Notes: generated from the letters alone by a model not told the origin. A stretch of DNA of 64,000 nt from Cytophagales bacterium (GCA_043732665.1 JAYTHK010000220.1:8860-72859); one strand, 5' to 3'. Shown: positions 37,941 to 46,823, numbered from the stretch's first letter. Translations and numbers: made by a program.

Positions 37941-38303
37941 ATGCAAATTATACAATTAGAAGGTACAGAGGATACACCAAAAGTACTATTGGATAAAGCG
38001 AATGGAATCTTAGAAATTTCTGGAAGATCGCTTCCTGAGGATGCAGCAGAGTTTTATCAGCCTATTTTAAATTGGCTTGCCGACTATGCAGGTCAAGCAA
38101 ACCCATCAACTGAACTCGTAATAAAATTAGAATATTTTAATACAGCCTCTTCTAAATTAATTTTGGATGTACTTTCGAAATTGGAGGAAGTGAAAGGCTC
38201 TAGAGTTACGTGGTATTATTATGAAGACGATGAAGATATGCAGGAAGCGGGTGTTGAGTTTTCAGAACTAGTAGATGTGCCGTTTGAATACAAAACATAT
38301 TAA
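37941..38303 (+). CDS. SiaC-like DUF1987 regulatory phosphoprotein
   Basis: 120 aa. It has TEDTPKVLLDKANGILEISGRSLPEDAAEFYQPILNWL, the motif YFNTASSK with Thr at position 68, and an acidic C-terminal YYYEDDEDM. Confidence 0.75.
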   Translation: MQIIQLEGTEDTPKVLLDKANGILEISGRSLPEDAAEFYQPILNWLADYAGQANPSTELVIKLEYFNTASSKLILDVLSKLEEVKGSRVTWYYYEDDEDMQEAGVEFSELVDVPFEYKTY

Positions 38304-38331
38304 AATATATTGATTTTTTTGATACAACTAA

Positions 38332-41300
38332 ATGAGTGAGGAGATACTAAAGTCGCTTGCGCAGTTATACGCAATTATTACAAAGCAGGATGGTGGGGTT
38401 ACAGAGAGCGAAAAAGCCTTTGTGGTTAATTCATTCAAGAAAAAGCTGAACCTTGCTACTGCGGAGCAATATATTAACCTCTACGAAGAATTCATAAAAG
38501 AAGGAGAGGGTAAGGACGATGGTAAAAAAAGACTTACTTCTGTAAAAGACTCCGTAAAAACGCTCGGTATTTGTCGCAAGATAAATAAAACGCTTACCCA
38601 GAAACAAAAGATAGTAGTACTGGTAGAGCTTCTGGAGATTTTAAAATCAGAAAAAAGCAAAGATGCTGCTCAGCAACAAGAGATTGTAGATACTGTAGCC
38701 ATTGCTTTTAATATTGAAAAAGAGGAGTATAAAACCATTCAGACTTTTGTACTCCACGACGATATACAGCTTTTTGGAGACGAAAATATTCTTGTGATCA
38801 ACAACAGGGATTCTTCCACCATTCCCGGTAATTCAAAACATATTCACTCCGATCTTACAGAAGGAAATATATTTTTTGTAAGAGTGAAAAGTGTGGACAT
38901 GATTTTTCTGAAATATACAGGAGACGATGAAATTACGCTGAACAGTTTAATAATAGGAGAAGACGATGTAACGCTTTTTTCGCAAGGCAGTACTGCTAAA
39001 TCAAAACTTGGTGGTGTATTTTATTATAGCGATGTATTGTCGCACTTTATCAGTGAGTCCGCTTCCGTAAAATTATCTTTTCAAGTAAGCAATCTTGAAT
39101 TTAGATTTCCCAATCATAAAATAGGCCTGAGAGATGTAAATATATCCGAAGAATCGGGGAAACTCATAGGTATAATGGGGGGCAGTGGCGCGGGTAAAAC
39201 TACTTTACTTAACGTATTGGCAGGGCTCGAAAAGCCATACAAAGGAGATGTATTGATAAATGGATTTAACCTCCATAAAGAAAAATATAAGGTAAGAGGT
39301 GTTATCGGTTATATTCCACAGGATGACTTATTGATCGAAGAGCTTACTGTTTTTGAAAATTTATTTTACAGCACGAAGCTTTGTTTTAAAAATAAAACAG
39401 ACGAAGAAATAACAGTACTTGTAAAGAAAGTATTAGATAATTTGGGCCTCGCACAAAGCAAAGACTTGCGTGTAGGAAACGCGTTGAATAAGTCTATTAG
39501 CGGTGGGCAACGCAAGCGGTTAAACATAGCGCTTGAATTGATTCGTGAGCCGTCGGTTCTTTTTGTAGACGAACCAACCTCAGGACTTTCTTCCAGAGAC
39601 TCTGAAAACGTAATGGATTTACTCAAAGAGCTTACGTTGAGAGGAACACTTATTTTTGTAGTGATTCACCAGCCTTCGTCCGATATCTACAAGATGTTTG
39701 ACAAGATGTTTATGTTGGATGTGGGAGGTTTTCCAATCTACTACGGCAATCCGGTGGAAGCAATCACCTACTTTAAGAAAGTTTCTCAACAAGCAGACAG
39801 CGACAAAGGTCAGTGCAATACCTGTGGAAATGTAAACCCAGAGCAGATCTTTAACATCATAGAAGAAAAGGTAGTAGACGAATACGGTAACTTTACAGGA
39901 AGTAGAAGATTTACGCCCAAGCAATGGAACGATTCTTTCGTTAGTAAGTTTGAACTGAAAAGAGTAGAAGATATCAAAACGAATACTATTGGTGTTTTGC
40001 AAATTCCAAATACGATAAAACAGTTCTGGGTATTTACGGTAAGAGATTTTAAATCCAAGCTTTTCAATAAGCAGTATATGCTTATCAATCTTATCGAAGC
40101 TCCTTTGTTGGCCTTTATATTGTCCTTTATCTTGCGTTACAACAATAACACCAGTGGAACTGGATATGTGTTTAGGTACAATGAAAATATTCCTGCATAT
40201 ATATTAATGAGTATTGTAATTGCAATTTTCATTGGTTTAAGTATAAGCGCAGAGGAAATTATAAAAGACAAAAAAATACTTAAAAGAGAAACGTTTCTAA
40301 ATCTTAGTAGGAATAGTTATTTACTGTCGAAAGTATTTATTCTTTTTATGTTTTCAGCAATCCAAACCTTAACTTTTGTATTAGTAGGAAATGCTATTTT
40401 GGAGATAAAGGGTATGTACCTCGAATATTGGGTGATACTGTTTTCTGTAGCCTGTTTTGCAAACCTGACCGGACTTATTATTTCCTCAGCCTTCGATACA
40501 GCGATTACCGTTTATATACTAGTGCCGCTTTTACTGATTCCTCAAATGATCTTGAGCGGTTCTATTTTTAGTTATGATAAAATAAATGACGTTATCAGAA
40601 GCAAAGATAAAGTGCCAGCGGTAGCCGACTTGATGGTGTCTCGCTGGGCGTACGAAGCCATAGCAGTAAAATCGTATAGGGATAATGGGTATGAAAAATT
40701 CTTTTACAAAGTAGAACAGAAAGAAAATGTTGCCAATTTTAACATTATCTATTTGCTTCCTGAGTTGAGCGAGCGTTTGGACTTTACGTATCAAAATCTA
40801 AATTCAAAAAGCGATTCAATTCTTAGATTGAGTAGTTATAATCTGGCAATAGTAAATGCGGAGTTGCTCAAGAAAAGTAATTACTCAGCACAAGGATTTC
40901 CTAAGAAAGAATTTGAATTTATTTCTATCGATAAATTAACGAATACTTCTTACGAGCAGTACAAAAAATATATAGAGGAGTTGTCTGACTACTATACTAA
41001 AATATTTAACGAATCCAGTAAGGAGAAAGATAATTATCTTTTCGCGCTGAGTAGACTTAATGGTGGTACAGACGTAAATAAATTGAAGGATAATTACTTC
41101 AATGAAAGTTTGTCTGACTTGGTGAGAAACGCCACTGCTAAGAAAAGAATAATAGATGCAAAAGGTTATTTAGCTCCCAAAACGGATTACATTTATTTCC
41201 GTCCTGTAGCAACGCAAGGCGCTTTTGATTATAGAGCTCACTTCTTTTCACCAGAGAAACATTTTGCTGGAAAGTATTACGATACATTTAAGTTTAATAT

Positions 41301-41406
41301 ATTTGTAATCTGGTTGGCTGGACTTTTCTTATACCTTGTATTGTATTTTGACTTATTAAGAAAGCTTCTGAATGTTTTTGGAAGGGTCACCATCCTGAAA
41401 ACGTAA
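38332..41406 (+). CDS. Fused TerB-like domain, beta-rich (weakly FHA-like) domain, ABC ATPase and ABC-2 (G-type) permease, with a ~220-aa C-terminal extension and a terminal TM helix
   Basis: The TerB-like N-terminus is LAQLYAIITKQDGGVTESEKAFV. It has Walker A GIMGGSGAGKTT, signature ISGGQRKRLNIALEL and Walker B LFVDEPTSGLS. The ABC-2 TM block covers roughly residues 575-780, and the last TM helix is FVIWLAGLFLYLVLYF. Confidence 0.85.
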   Translation: MSEEILKSLAQLYAIITKQDGGVTESEKAFVVNSFKKKLNLATAEQYINLYEEFIKEGEGKDDGKKRLTSVKDSVKTLGICRKINKTLTQKQKIVVLVELLEILKSEKSKDAAQQQEIVDTVAIAFNIEKEEYKTIQTFVLHDDIQLFGDENILVINNRDSSTIPGNSKHIHSDLTEGNIFFVRVKSVDMIFLKYTGDDEITLNSLIIGEDDVTLFSQGSTAKSKLGGVFYYSDVLSHFISESASVKLSFQVSNLEFRFPNHKIGLRDVNISEESGKLIGIMGGSGAGKTTLLNVLAGLEKPYKGDVLINGFNLHKEKYKVRGVIGYIPQDDLLIEELTVFENLFYSTKLCFKNKTDEEITVLVKKVLDNLGLAQSKDLRVGNALNKSISGGQRKRLNIALELIREPSVLFVDEPTSGLSSRDSENVMDLLKELTLRGTLIFVVIHQPSSDIYKMFDKMFMLDVGGFPIYYGNPVEAITYFKKVSQQADSDKGQCNTCGNVNPEQIFNIIEEKVVDEYGNFTGSRRFTPKQWNDSFVSKFELKRVEDIKTNTIGVLQIPNTIKQFWVFTVRDFKSKLFNKQYMLINLIEAPLLAFILSFILRYNNNTSGTGYVFRYNENIPAYILMSIVIAIFIGLSISAEEIIKDKKILKRETFLNLSRNSYLLSKVFILFMFSAIQTLTFVLVGNAILEIKGMYLEYWVILFSVACFANLTGLIISSAFDTAITVYILVPLLLIPQMILSGSIFSYDKINDVIRSKDKVPAVADLMVSRWAYEAIAVKSYRDNGYEKFFYKVEQKENVANFNIIYLLPELSERLDFTYQNLNSKSDSILRLSSYNLAIVNAELLKKSNYSAQGFPKKEFEFISIDKLTNTSYEQYKKYIEELSDYYTKIFNESSKEKDNYLFALSRLNGGTDVNKLKDNYFNESLSDLVRNATAKKRIIDAKGYLAPKTDYIYFRPVATQGAFDYRAHFFSPEKHFAGKYYDTFKFNIFVIWLAGLFLYLVLYFDLLRKLLNVFGRVTILKT

Positions 41407-41463
41407 CATTTATTTTAATTTTAACGTAAACAACAATCTGTAACTTATATTACTAAGCTATTT

Positions 41464-42387
41464 ATGAAAAAGTTATTTTTGTACTCCGTTGTAATTTCTG
41501 CTTCCATGCTGTTTTTTGCATGCGGCTCTTCCACAACCAACAATCAGACGTCGGATGAGGCGAAACTGCAACAAATGATAGATTCGGCAAATGCTGCTCC
41601 TCAAGACAATAAATTGCCAGAAGAGGCTGTAGGAGAAATTCTTAAACAAATTCCATCACCTATTGAGACTTCAGTACTTATTAAAAAAACAGGAGGTTCT
41701 TATACAAAAGATATTTTAAATCCTTCTGAAAATGCGCAAGGCTACAGTTCAAACTATAAAAAAGCTTTAAACTTAGGCGTGTATGGAGCCGATTTAGGTT
41801 ATATTAATATTTACGAAAAAAATAAAGAAAGCTTGTACTACCTCAACTCAATCAAATCGATGGCAGATGGGCTTAATATAGGTCAGTTTTTCGATTTTGA
41901 AACGATAAAAAGATTGGCGAATAATAATAAGAATGCAGATTCTTTATTAAACATCACAACCGACAACTTTAATAAAATTAACACCTTTTTATACGAGCAA
42001 AAAAGATCGGATCAAAGTGTATTGATCCTTACTGGAGGCTGGTTAGAAGGGTTGAACATCATGTGTCAGATAGCATCGAAAAATAAAAATCCTAAATTAT
42101 ACGAAAGAATAGGAGAGCAGAAGATAATTATAGATCAATTAGTACTTGTTTTGTCTAATTATGAGGCAGATAATAACATTAAACTTTTAAATAATGATCT
42201 AAAGCAATTACAAGAAGTTTACAAAAAAGTGCAAATAACGTACACTTACAAAGAGTCAAAAATGGAAGTAGTGGACGGAATCCCTACAATAGTGGACAAA
42301 AGCGAGAGCAAAGTGAACATTACTGATTCTCAAGTTATTGAAGTTGCCAAGCTGGCCAATTCAATAAGAAATAAAATTGTGAGTTAA
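41464..42387 (+). CDS. Lipoprotein of unknown function (mostly alpha-helical)
   Basis: It has the lipobox MLFFACGSS. I recognised no family. Same strand, 57 nt after the ABC gene. Confidence 0.6.
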   Translation: MKKLFLYSVVISASMLFFACGSSTTNNQTSDEAKLQQMIDSANAAPQDNKLPEEAVGEILKQIPSPIETSVLIKKTGGSYTKDILNPSENAQGYSSNYKKALNLGVYGADLGYINIYEKNKESLYYLNSIKSMADGLNIGQFFDFETIKRLANNNKNADSLLNITTDNFNKINTFLYEQKRSDQSVLILTGGWLEGLNIMCQIASKNKNPKLYERIGEQKIIIDQLVLVLSNYEADNNIKLLNNDLKQLQEVYKKVQITYTYKESKMEVVDGIPTIVDKSESKVNITDSQVIEVAKLANSIRNKIVS

Positions 42388-42427
42388 TATTTTTAATTGT
42401 ACATTTGCTAAGATAGCTCGATTATTT

Positions 42428-42829
42428 ATGAAAAAAGTACTAATACTTACAGTAGCAGCTCTGTTTATTTGTGGAGTTTCTATGTCGCAGTTCAAGACTC
42501 CTGAATGCGTAGCAAAATTAAATGGTTTTACTTTTCTAAAAACATATAAACTAGACAATCCTGCAAAAGAGGTTGAATATTCGTATGTGTTTAGTAAGGA
42601 TAACAGTTATATGTTAATTATCTGCAACAAAGACGGCGCTCAGAAAAATGCAAGCGTTACACTTTATGATTCTAACAGAAATATGATTGCGAGTAGTTAT
42701 GACGAAGCAAATAAACGTCAATATTACGCTCTAGCATACAACTGCAGATCTACCGGAATTTATTATATGAAATTCAAGTTTGATGATCCATCCACGGAGT
42801 GTTCAAGTGTGTTGGCATTTAGAAGGTAA
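42428..42829 (+). CDS. Small secreted Cys-containing beta-rich protein of unknown function
   Basis: It has the signal peptide MKKVLILTVAALFICGVSMSQ and four further Cys residues. It is the last gene before terminator 42853-42887. Confidence 0.55.
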   Translation: MKKVLILTVAALFICGVSMSQFKTPECVAKLNGFTFLKTYKLDNPAKEVEYSYVFSKDNSYMLIICNKDGAQKNASVTLYDSNRNMIASSYDEANKRQYYALAYNCRSTGIYYMKFKFDDPSTECSSVLAFRR

Positions 42830-42852
42830 TTAATAATCGAAGAAAATTAGTT

Positions 42853-42887
42853 GGCAGGCCTTTTTATAAATAGCCTGCCTTTTTTTA
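42853..42887 (+). terminator. Intrinsic terminator closing the signalling/ABC gene string
   Basis: GGCAGGC-(13 nt)-GCCTGCC followed by TTTTTTTT. Confidence 0.75.
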
Positions 42888-42891
42888 TACC

Positions 42892-43266
42892 ATGCAAAAC
42901 GATCCAGAACTAAGCGGAAAATACCTCGGCTCTATCACAAAAGATTTTGTGAAAATAGCTGACAATTTGAAAGAAGCCTCTTATCAAATGAGAGTGAGAG
43001 ATATTTCTAAATACCCAATTTTCACTATATCCAAAGTAGAGCTTCCTATAGGACAATTGTTTTTAGGAATAAAAGATACGGCCGCAGGTATAGAGTGGAA
43101 TTACAATGTTTCGTTTCTCGATGAGTTTATGCAACGCGGTTTGGTGGCAGAAGACAAAATAGAAGATTTTGAAGCAGCGTATAAAAACCCAGATGAGTTT
43201 TGTTGCTTATTTGTGGTAGATGTAGGTTTTACAAATTTCGTCTTTATTCCGTATCCAGAAGATTAG
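42892..43266 (+). CDS. Conserved-looking cytoplasmic hypothetical protein
   Basis: 124-aa ORF with no signal peptide and balanced composition, directly upstream of coaD. I recognised no family. Confidence 0.5.
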   Translation: MQNDPELSGKYLGSITKDFVKIADNLKEASYQMRVRDISKYPIFTISKVELPIGQLFLGIKDTAAGIEWNYNVSFLDEFMQRGLVAEDKIEDFEAAYKNPDEFCCLFVVDVGFTNFVFIPYPED

Positions 43267-43298
43267 TGAGGAAATGATATTTTCTTTAACTTTATACT

Positions 43299-43751
43299 AT
43301 GAAGAATACTGCTTTATTTCCTGGCTCTTTCGATCCTTTCACAAAAGGACACGAAGATATTGTATTGCGTGGTATCGCTTTGTTTGATGAGCTTATAATA
43401 GGAGTGGGTGTTAATTCCGTTAAGCAACGATATTTTCCGATAGATTTCATTATTTCTAAAATAGAGGAAGCATTTAAAGAGTATCCTCAGGTAAAAGTAA
43501 TGCCTTACGAAGGATTGACAGCTGTATTTGCACAAAAAATAAACGCACGTTTTTTAATTCGTGGGTTAAGAAATACTACAGACTTTGAATACGAAAATAC
43601 TATTTCTCAGGTAAATAAACAGCAGTGGAAAGAATTGGAGACAGTGTTTTTGATTACAGATCCTAGTCAGGCTTATATCAGCTCGTCTATTGTGCGAGAC
43701 TTGCACAAACATGGAGCCGATGTGCGAAGTTTTTTACCCTACAGTATTTAA
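43299..43751 (+). CDS. coaD: Phosphopantetheine adenylyltransferase
   Basis: It has ALFPGSFDPFTKGHEDIV (the nucleotidyltransferase HxGH-type motif) and ISSSIVRDL, at 150 aa. Confidence 0.95.
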   Translation: MKNTALFPGSFDPFTKGHEDIVLRGIALFDELIIGVGVNSVKQRYFPIDFIISKIEEAFKEYPQVKVMPYEGLTAVFAQKINARFLIRGLRNTTDFEYENTISQVNKQQWKELETVFLITDPSQAYISSSIVRDLHKHGADVRSFLPYSI

Positions 43752-44417
43752 CTGTTCCAGTATAGAATATTCACTCATTACTTCTTCTATAGAAAGATAG
43801 GAGTTTTTTAGCGCTTTTTGTACTTCGTCCTTTTTCATCCATTTCACTTCCTCTATAAACTCCTCTATTTGCGGACGCATATTGCTATCGTCTAAACAGT
43901 TCATAATGTACCAATCGGTTTTCTTTAAAATACGTCGGTCTTTTCTGATGTATGTGTGCCAAGTAGAGCAAAGCTTTTCGCGTACTTCTACTTTTATATT
44001 GCACTCTTCCTCAACTTCTCTTTTAGCACCTTTTATAGAATCTTCGCCTTTTTTTAGTTTTCCTTTCGGAAGATCCCATTTTTTCAGGCGAAACATCATC
44101 AAGATTTTATCGCCTTTTTTTACCAGGCCTCCAGATGCCTTAATGATTTTGAATTGGTCTTTTATGAAATCTTTAACCGTTTCATAGTCCGCTACCGCAA
44201 AGGTAATAGCCTTAAGTTTTTTTAATTTTTTAAACTCTAAAATTCGGAGAAGACGTTCTATTTGAAGTGTGGTAGCTGCCAGAATAATAACATGCCCGGT
44301 AAGTTTTTTAGAAGTAATTTCATCACTGCCTTTCAATATGGTATCGTATCCAATTGCAGGATTTCTCTCGTCAAAAGTGATTATTTTTACTAACCTGTCA
44401 TTGATAAATATCTTCAT
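43734..44417 (-). CDS. NUDIX hydrolase with an ~90-aa N-terminal extension
   Basis: It has the Nudix box GKLKKGEDSIKGAKREVEEECNI. It is convergent with coaD, overlapping by 18 nt. Confidence 0.85.
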   Translation of the reverse strand: MKIFINDRLVKIITFDERNPAIGYDTILKGSDEITSKKLTGHVIILAATTLQIERLLRILEFKKLKKLKAITFAVADYETVKDFIKDQFKIIKASGGLVKKGDKILMMFRLKKWDLPKGKLKKGEDSIKGAKREVEEECNIKVEVREKLCSTWHTYIRKDRRILKKTDWYIMNCLDDSNMRPQIEEFIEEVKWMKKDEVQKALKNSYLSIEEVMSEYSILEQLNTVG

Positions 44418-44526
44418 CTACATTCCGCATTTTACTACTGTACAATCTACAAATTCACTAAAATAAATACAAACTAACAAGAAGTAATTATTAACATCGG
44501 CTGAAAAAAAACACTATCTTTACATT

Positions 44527-45177
44527 ATGGTAACAAACAATATTACGCTATCTGTTGCAGAACAAATAGCGGCTTCCTTACTCGAAATCGGCGCTATCCG
44601 ATTAAGTCCGTCAAAACCCTTTAAATGGGCTTCTGGATGGCTTTCTCCAATTTATTGTGACAACAGACTCTCTTTGTCTTTTCCAGCATCAAGAACGCTT
44701 ATTAAGAATGCATTAGTTGATTTGATAAAAACAAAATTTGTTGGTGTCGAAGCAATTGCTGGTGTTGCTACTGCTGGAATTCCTCAGGGTACTTTGATAG
44801 CAGAGGTATTGAATTTGCCTTTTATCTATGTAAGGCCAAAACCGAAAGGCCATGGCATGGAAAATCTTATAGAAGGTAAAGTGACGAAGGGACAGAAAGT
44901 AGTAGTGATTGAAGATCTAATTTCTACGGGAGGGAGTTCTCTGAAGGCTGTTGAAGCGCTAAGAGATTCAGGCTTTGAAGTACTCGGGATGGCGGCTATT
45001 TTTACATATAGTTTTGATTTGTCAGCCAAAAATTTTGAAAGTTCTAGAGTTGAATTATATACATTAAGCAACTACGACGCGCTAGTAAAACTAGCAGCGG
45101 AAAAAGGGTATATAAAAGAAGAAGAAATGAAATCACTTTCCAGTTGGAGAACTGCGCCAGATAAATGGGGAGTGTAG
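44527..45177 (+). CDS. pyrE: Orotate phosphoribosyltransferase
   Basis: It has FKWASGWLSPIYCDNR and the PRPP loop VVVIEDLISTGGSS, at 216 aa. Confidence 0.95.
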   Translation: MVTNNITLSVAEQIAASLLEIGAIRLSPSKPFKWASGWLSPIYCDNRLSLSFPASRTLIKNALVDLIKTKFVGVEAIAGVATAGIPQGTLIAEVLNLPFIYVRPKPKGHGMENLIEGKVTKGQKVVVIEDLISTGGSSLKAVEALRDSGFEVLGMAAIFTYSFDLSAKNFESSRVELYTLSNYDALVKLAAEKGYIKEEEMKSLSSWRTAPDKWGV

Positions 45178-45187
45178 TCTTAACTAC

Positions 45188-45480
45188 TGATTGGTTTGAT
45201 TGCGATGATTTCTTTGATTTTTTGGAGGATTATAATATGTGGCAACTCGTGAAGTTTATTGGTTGTTATAAAATTTGTCTAGTATATTTTGGGTGTGAAG
45301 TAGAAGAAGTTAAACTTTATTCGGTTAGTAATCATGGTTTTGATACATACCCCAAAATGTCACCAACCATTTTCAGTACATTACCATAAAGTTATAAGAC
45401 CCTCTTTTTGCAATCACTCTGGCCAATCCTATTTTACTAAAAAAATCAACGAAATCAACGAAATCAGCAAATCAACGATC
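45188..45480. repeat. ~290-bp structured intergenic element bounded by inverted GATTT-unit arrays (MITE-like)
   Basis: The left array is TGATTGGTTTGATTGCGATGATTTCTTTGATTTTTT (45188-45223). The right array is tandem AAATCAACG in units of 9-9-8-9 nt (45443-45477), which reads CGTTGATTT on the other strand. An internal pair is ATTTTGGGTGTG / CCCCAAAATG. Confidence 0.55.
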
Positions 45481-45481
45481 G

Positions 45482-46189
45482 TTACTCCTCTATCACCTTC
45501 ACTTCCGTTCTTCTATTCTTGGCTCTGCCTTCTGGTGTATCGTTGCCTAAATGAGGATTTGATTCTCCGTATCCTTTAGCTAAAATGCGGTCTTCGCTTA
45601 TTCCTTTTTTCACTAAGTAGGCTTTTATAGCATCTGCTCTATGTTGTGACAAACGGAGATTGTCTGCTTCACTGCCAGAATTATCGGTATGACCGCCAAT
45701 TTCTACTACCAACGTTTTGCTTTTTATAAAACTAGAATACAATCTATCAAGCGTAGGTTTTGTATCAGGTTTAATGTCCCATTTATTTACATCGAAATAT
45801 AAATGGTCAAGCATATAACCGCGTATATAAGATTTTATAAGCTGAATGCGGAGTGTTTGTGTAAACTCGGAAGGTCCGTCTACTAAAGGAAGTTCTATGT
45901 TATTGAAATGGAAATCCTTTCCAAATTTTTTCACGTTGATGTTGTATTTTTTTCCTTCGGGAGCAAGTAATTTAAATTTACCATCAATATCGGTAGTGCC
46001 TTGTTTGGAAAACGATTTGTCCGCCGACTCTATGATTACAACAGCTCCTTCCTCTGGTATCTTTTCTGGATCTGTTACAATACATTCTAGTATAGCGTCT
46101 GTTTCCGTAGGTTGAAGATCTTGACAAAATCCTTCTGAAGAAAAATTGGCTAAAAAAAGAAGAGCGATAATTACTTTATTCATATACAT
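45482..46189 (-). CDS. OmpA-family protein with an N-terminal CarboxypepD-reg-like domain
   Basis: It has a signal peptide and the OmpA_C block EIGGHTDNSGSEADNLRLSQHRA...NRRTEVKVIE. Confidence 0.88.
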   Translation of the reverse strand: MYMNKVIIALLFLANFSSEGFCQDLQPTETDAILECIVTDPEKIPEEGAVVIIESADKSFSKQGTTDIDGKFKLLAPEGKKYNINVKKFGKDFHFNNIELPLVDGPSEFTQTLRIQLIKSYIRGYMLDHLYFDVNKWDIKPDTKPTLDRLYSSFIKSKTLVVEIGGHTDNSGSEADNLRLSQHRADAIKAYLVKKGISEDRILAKGYGESNPHLGNDTPEGRAKNRRTEVKVIEE

Positions 46190-46235
46190 CTATTAGTTTT
46201 GTCTTGCTTGTACAAGATAGCAATAATCTATTTTT

Positions 46236-46742
46236 ATGCCAAAAATTGGACTCATTTCTGATACACATGGATTTCTAGATCCCAAGGTTTTTGACTATTT
46301 CAAAGATTGCGATGAAATTTGGCATGCTGGAGATTTCGGTACGCTTCAGTTATCAGATCAACTAGCGGCCTTTAAACCTCTTCGTGGCGTTTATGGAAAT
46401 ATAGACGGACACGATATTCGAATTGTTCATCCTTTGCACAACCGCTTTGAAATAGAAGGCATGGATATTTGGATGACGCATATTGGTGGTTATCCTGGGC
46501 ATTACAATCCGACTATTAAAAAAAAACTAGCGGAAAACCCTCCAAATATTTTCATCTGCGGTCATTCGCATATACTTAAAGTAATGTCGGATAAAAGCTA
46601 CCGCAACCTGCTTTGCATAAATCCTGGAGCGGCCGGTATTCATGGATTTCATAAAGTGAAAACAATTATTCGATTTGAAATTAACGAAAAAAAAATAAGC
46701 AATATGCAAGCGATTGAATTGGGGCAAAGAAGCGCGCTGTAA
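46236..46742 (+). CDS. YfcE/MJ0936-family metallophosphoesterase
   Basis: It has the motifs ISDTHG, HAGDFG, GNIDG and CGHSH, at 168 aa. Confidence 0.88.
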   Translation: MPKIGLISDTHGFLDPKVFDYFKDCDEIWHAGDFGTLQLSDQLAAFKPLRGVYGNIDGHDIRIVHPLHNRFEIEGMDIWMTHIGGYPGHYNPTIKKKLAENPPNIFICGHSHILKVMSDKSYRNLLCINPGAAGIHGFHKVKTIIRFEINEKKISNMQAIELGQRSAL

Positions 46743-46823
46743 TTTTAAACTATGAATTTTCAGTTTGGAATTAGGAAAATATCATGCAAGTGATCTAATT
46801 GAGATGAAAAAGGAAAATATAAT

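Noticed and set aside
34199-41406. Canonical SiaABCD, i.e. a diguanylate cyclase in or next to the cluster
   Set aside because: I looked for GG(D/E)EF, EAL and HD-GYP motifs in all translated ORFs of the cluster and window and saw none. The gene at the SiaD position is an ABC transporter.
45165-45579. Two ORFs of 74 and 81 aa between pyrE and the OmpA gene
   Set aside because: Their sequences are translations of the GATTT and AAATCAACG repeat arrays. One uses an unlikely context and the other overlaps the OmpA gene. They are better explained as a non-coding repeat element.
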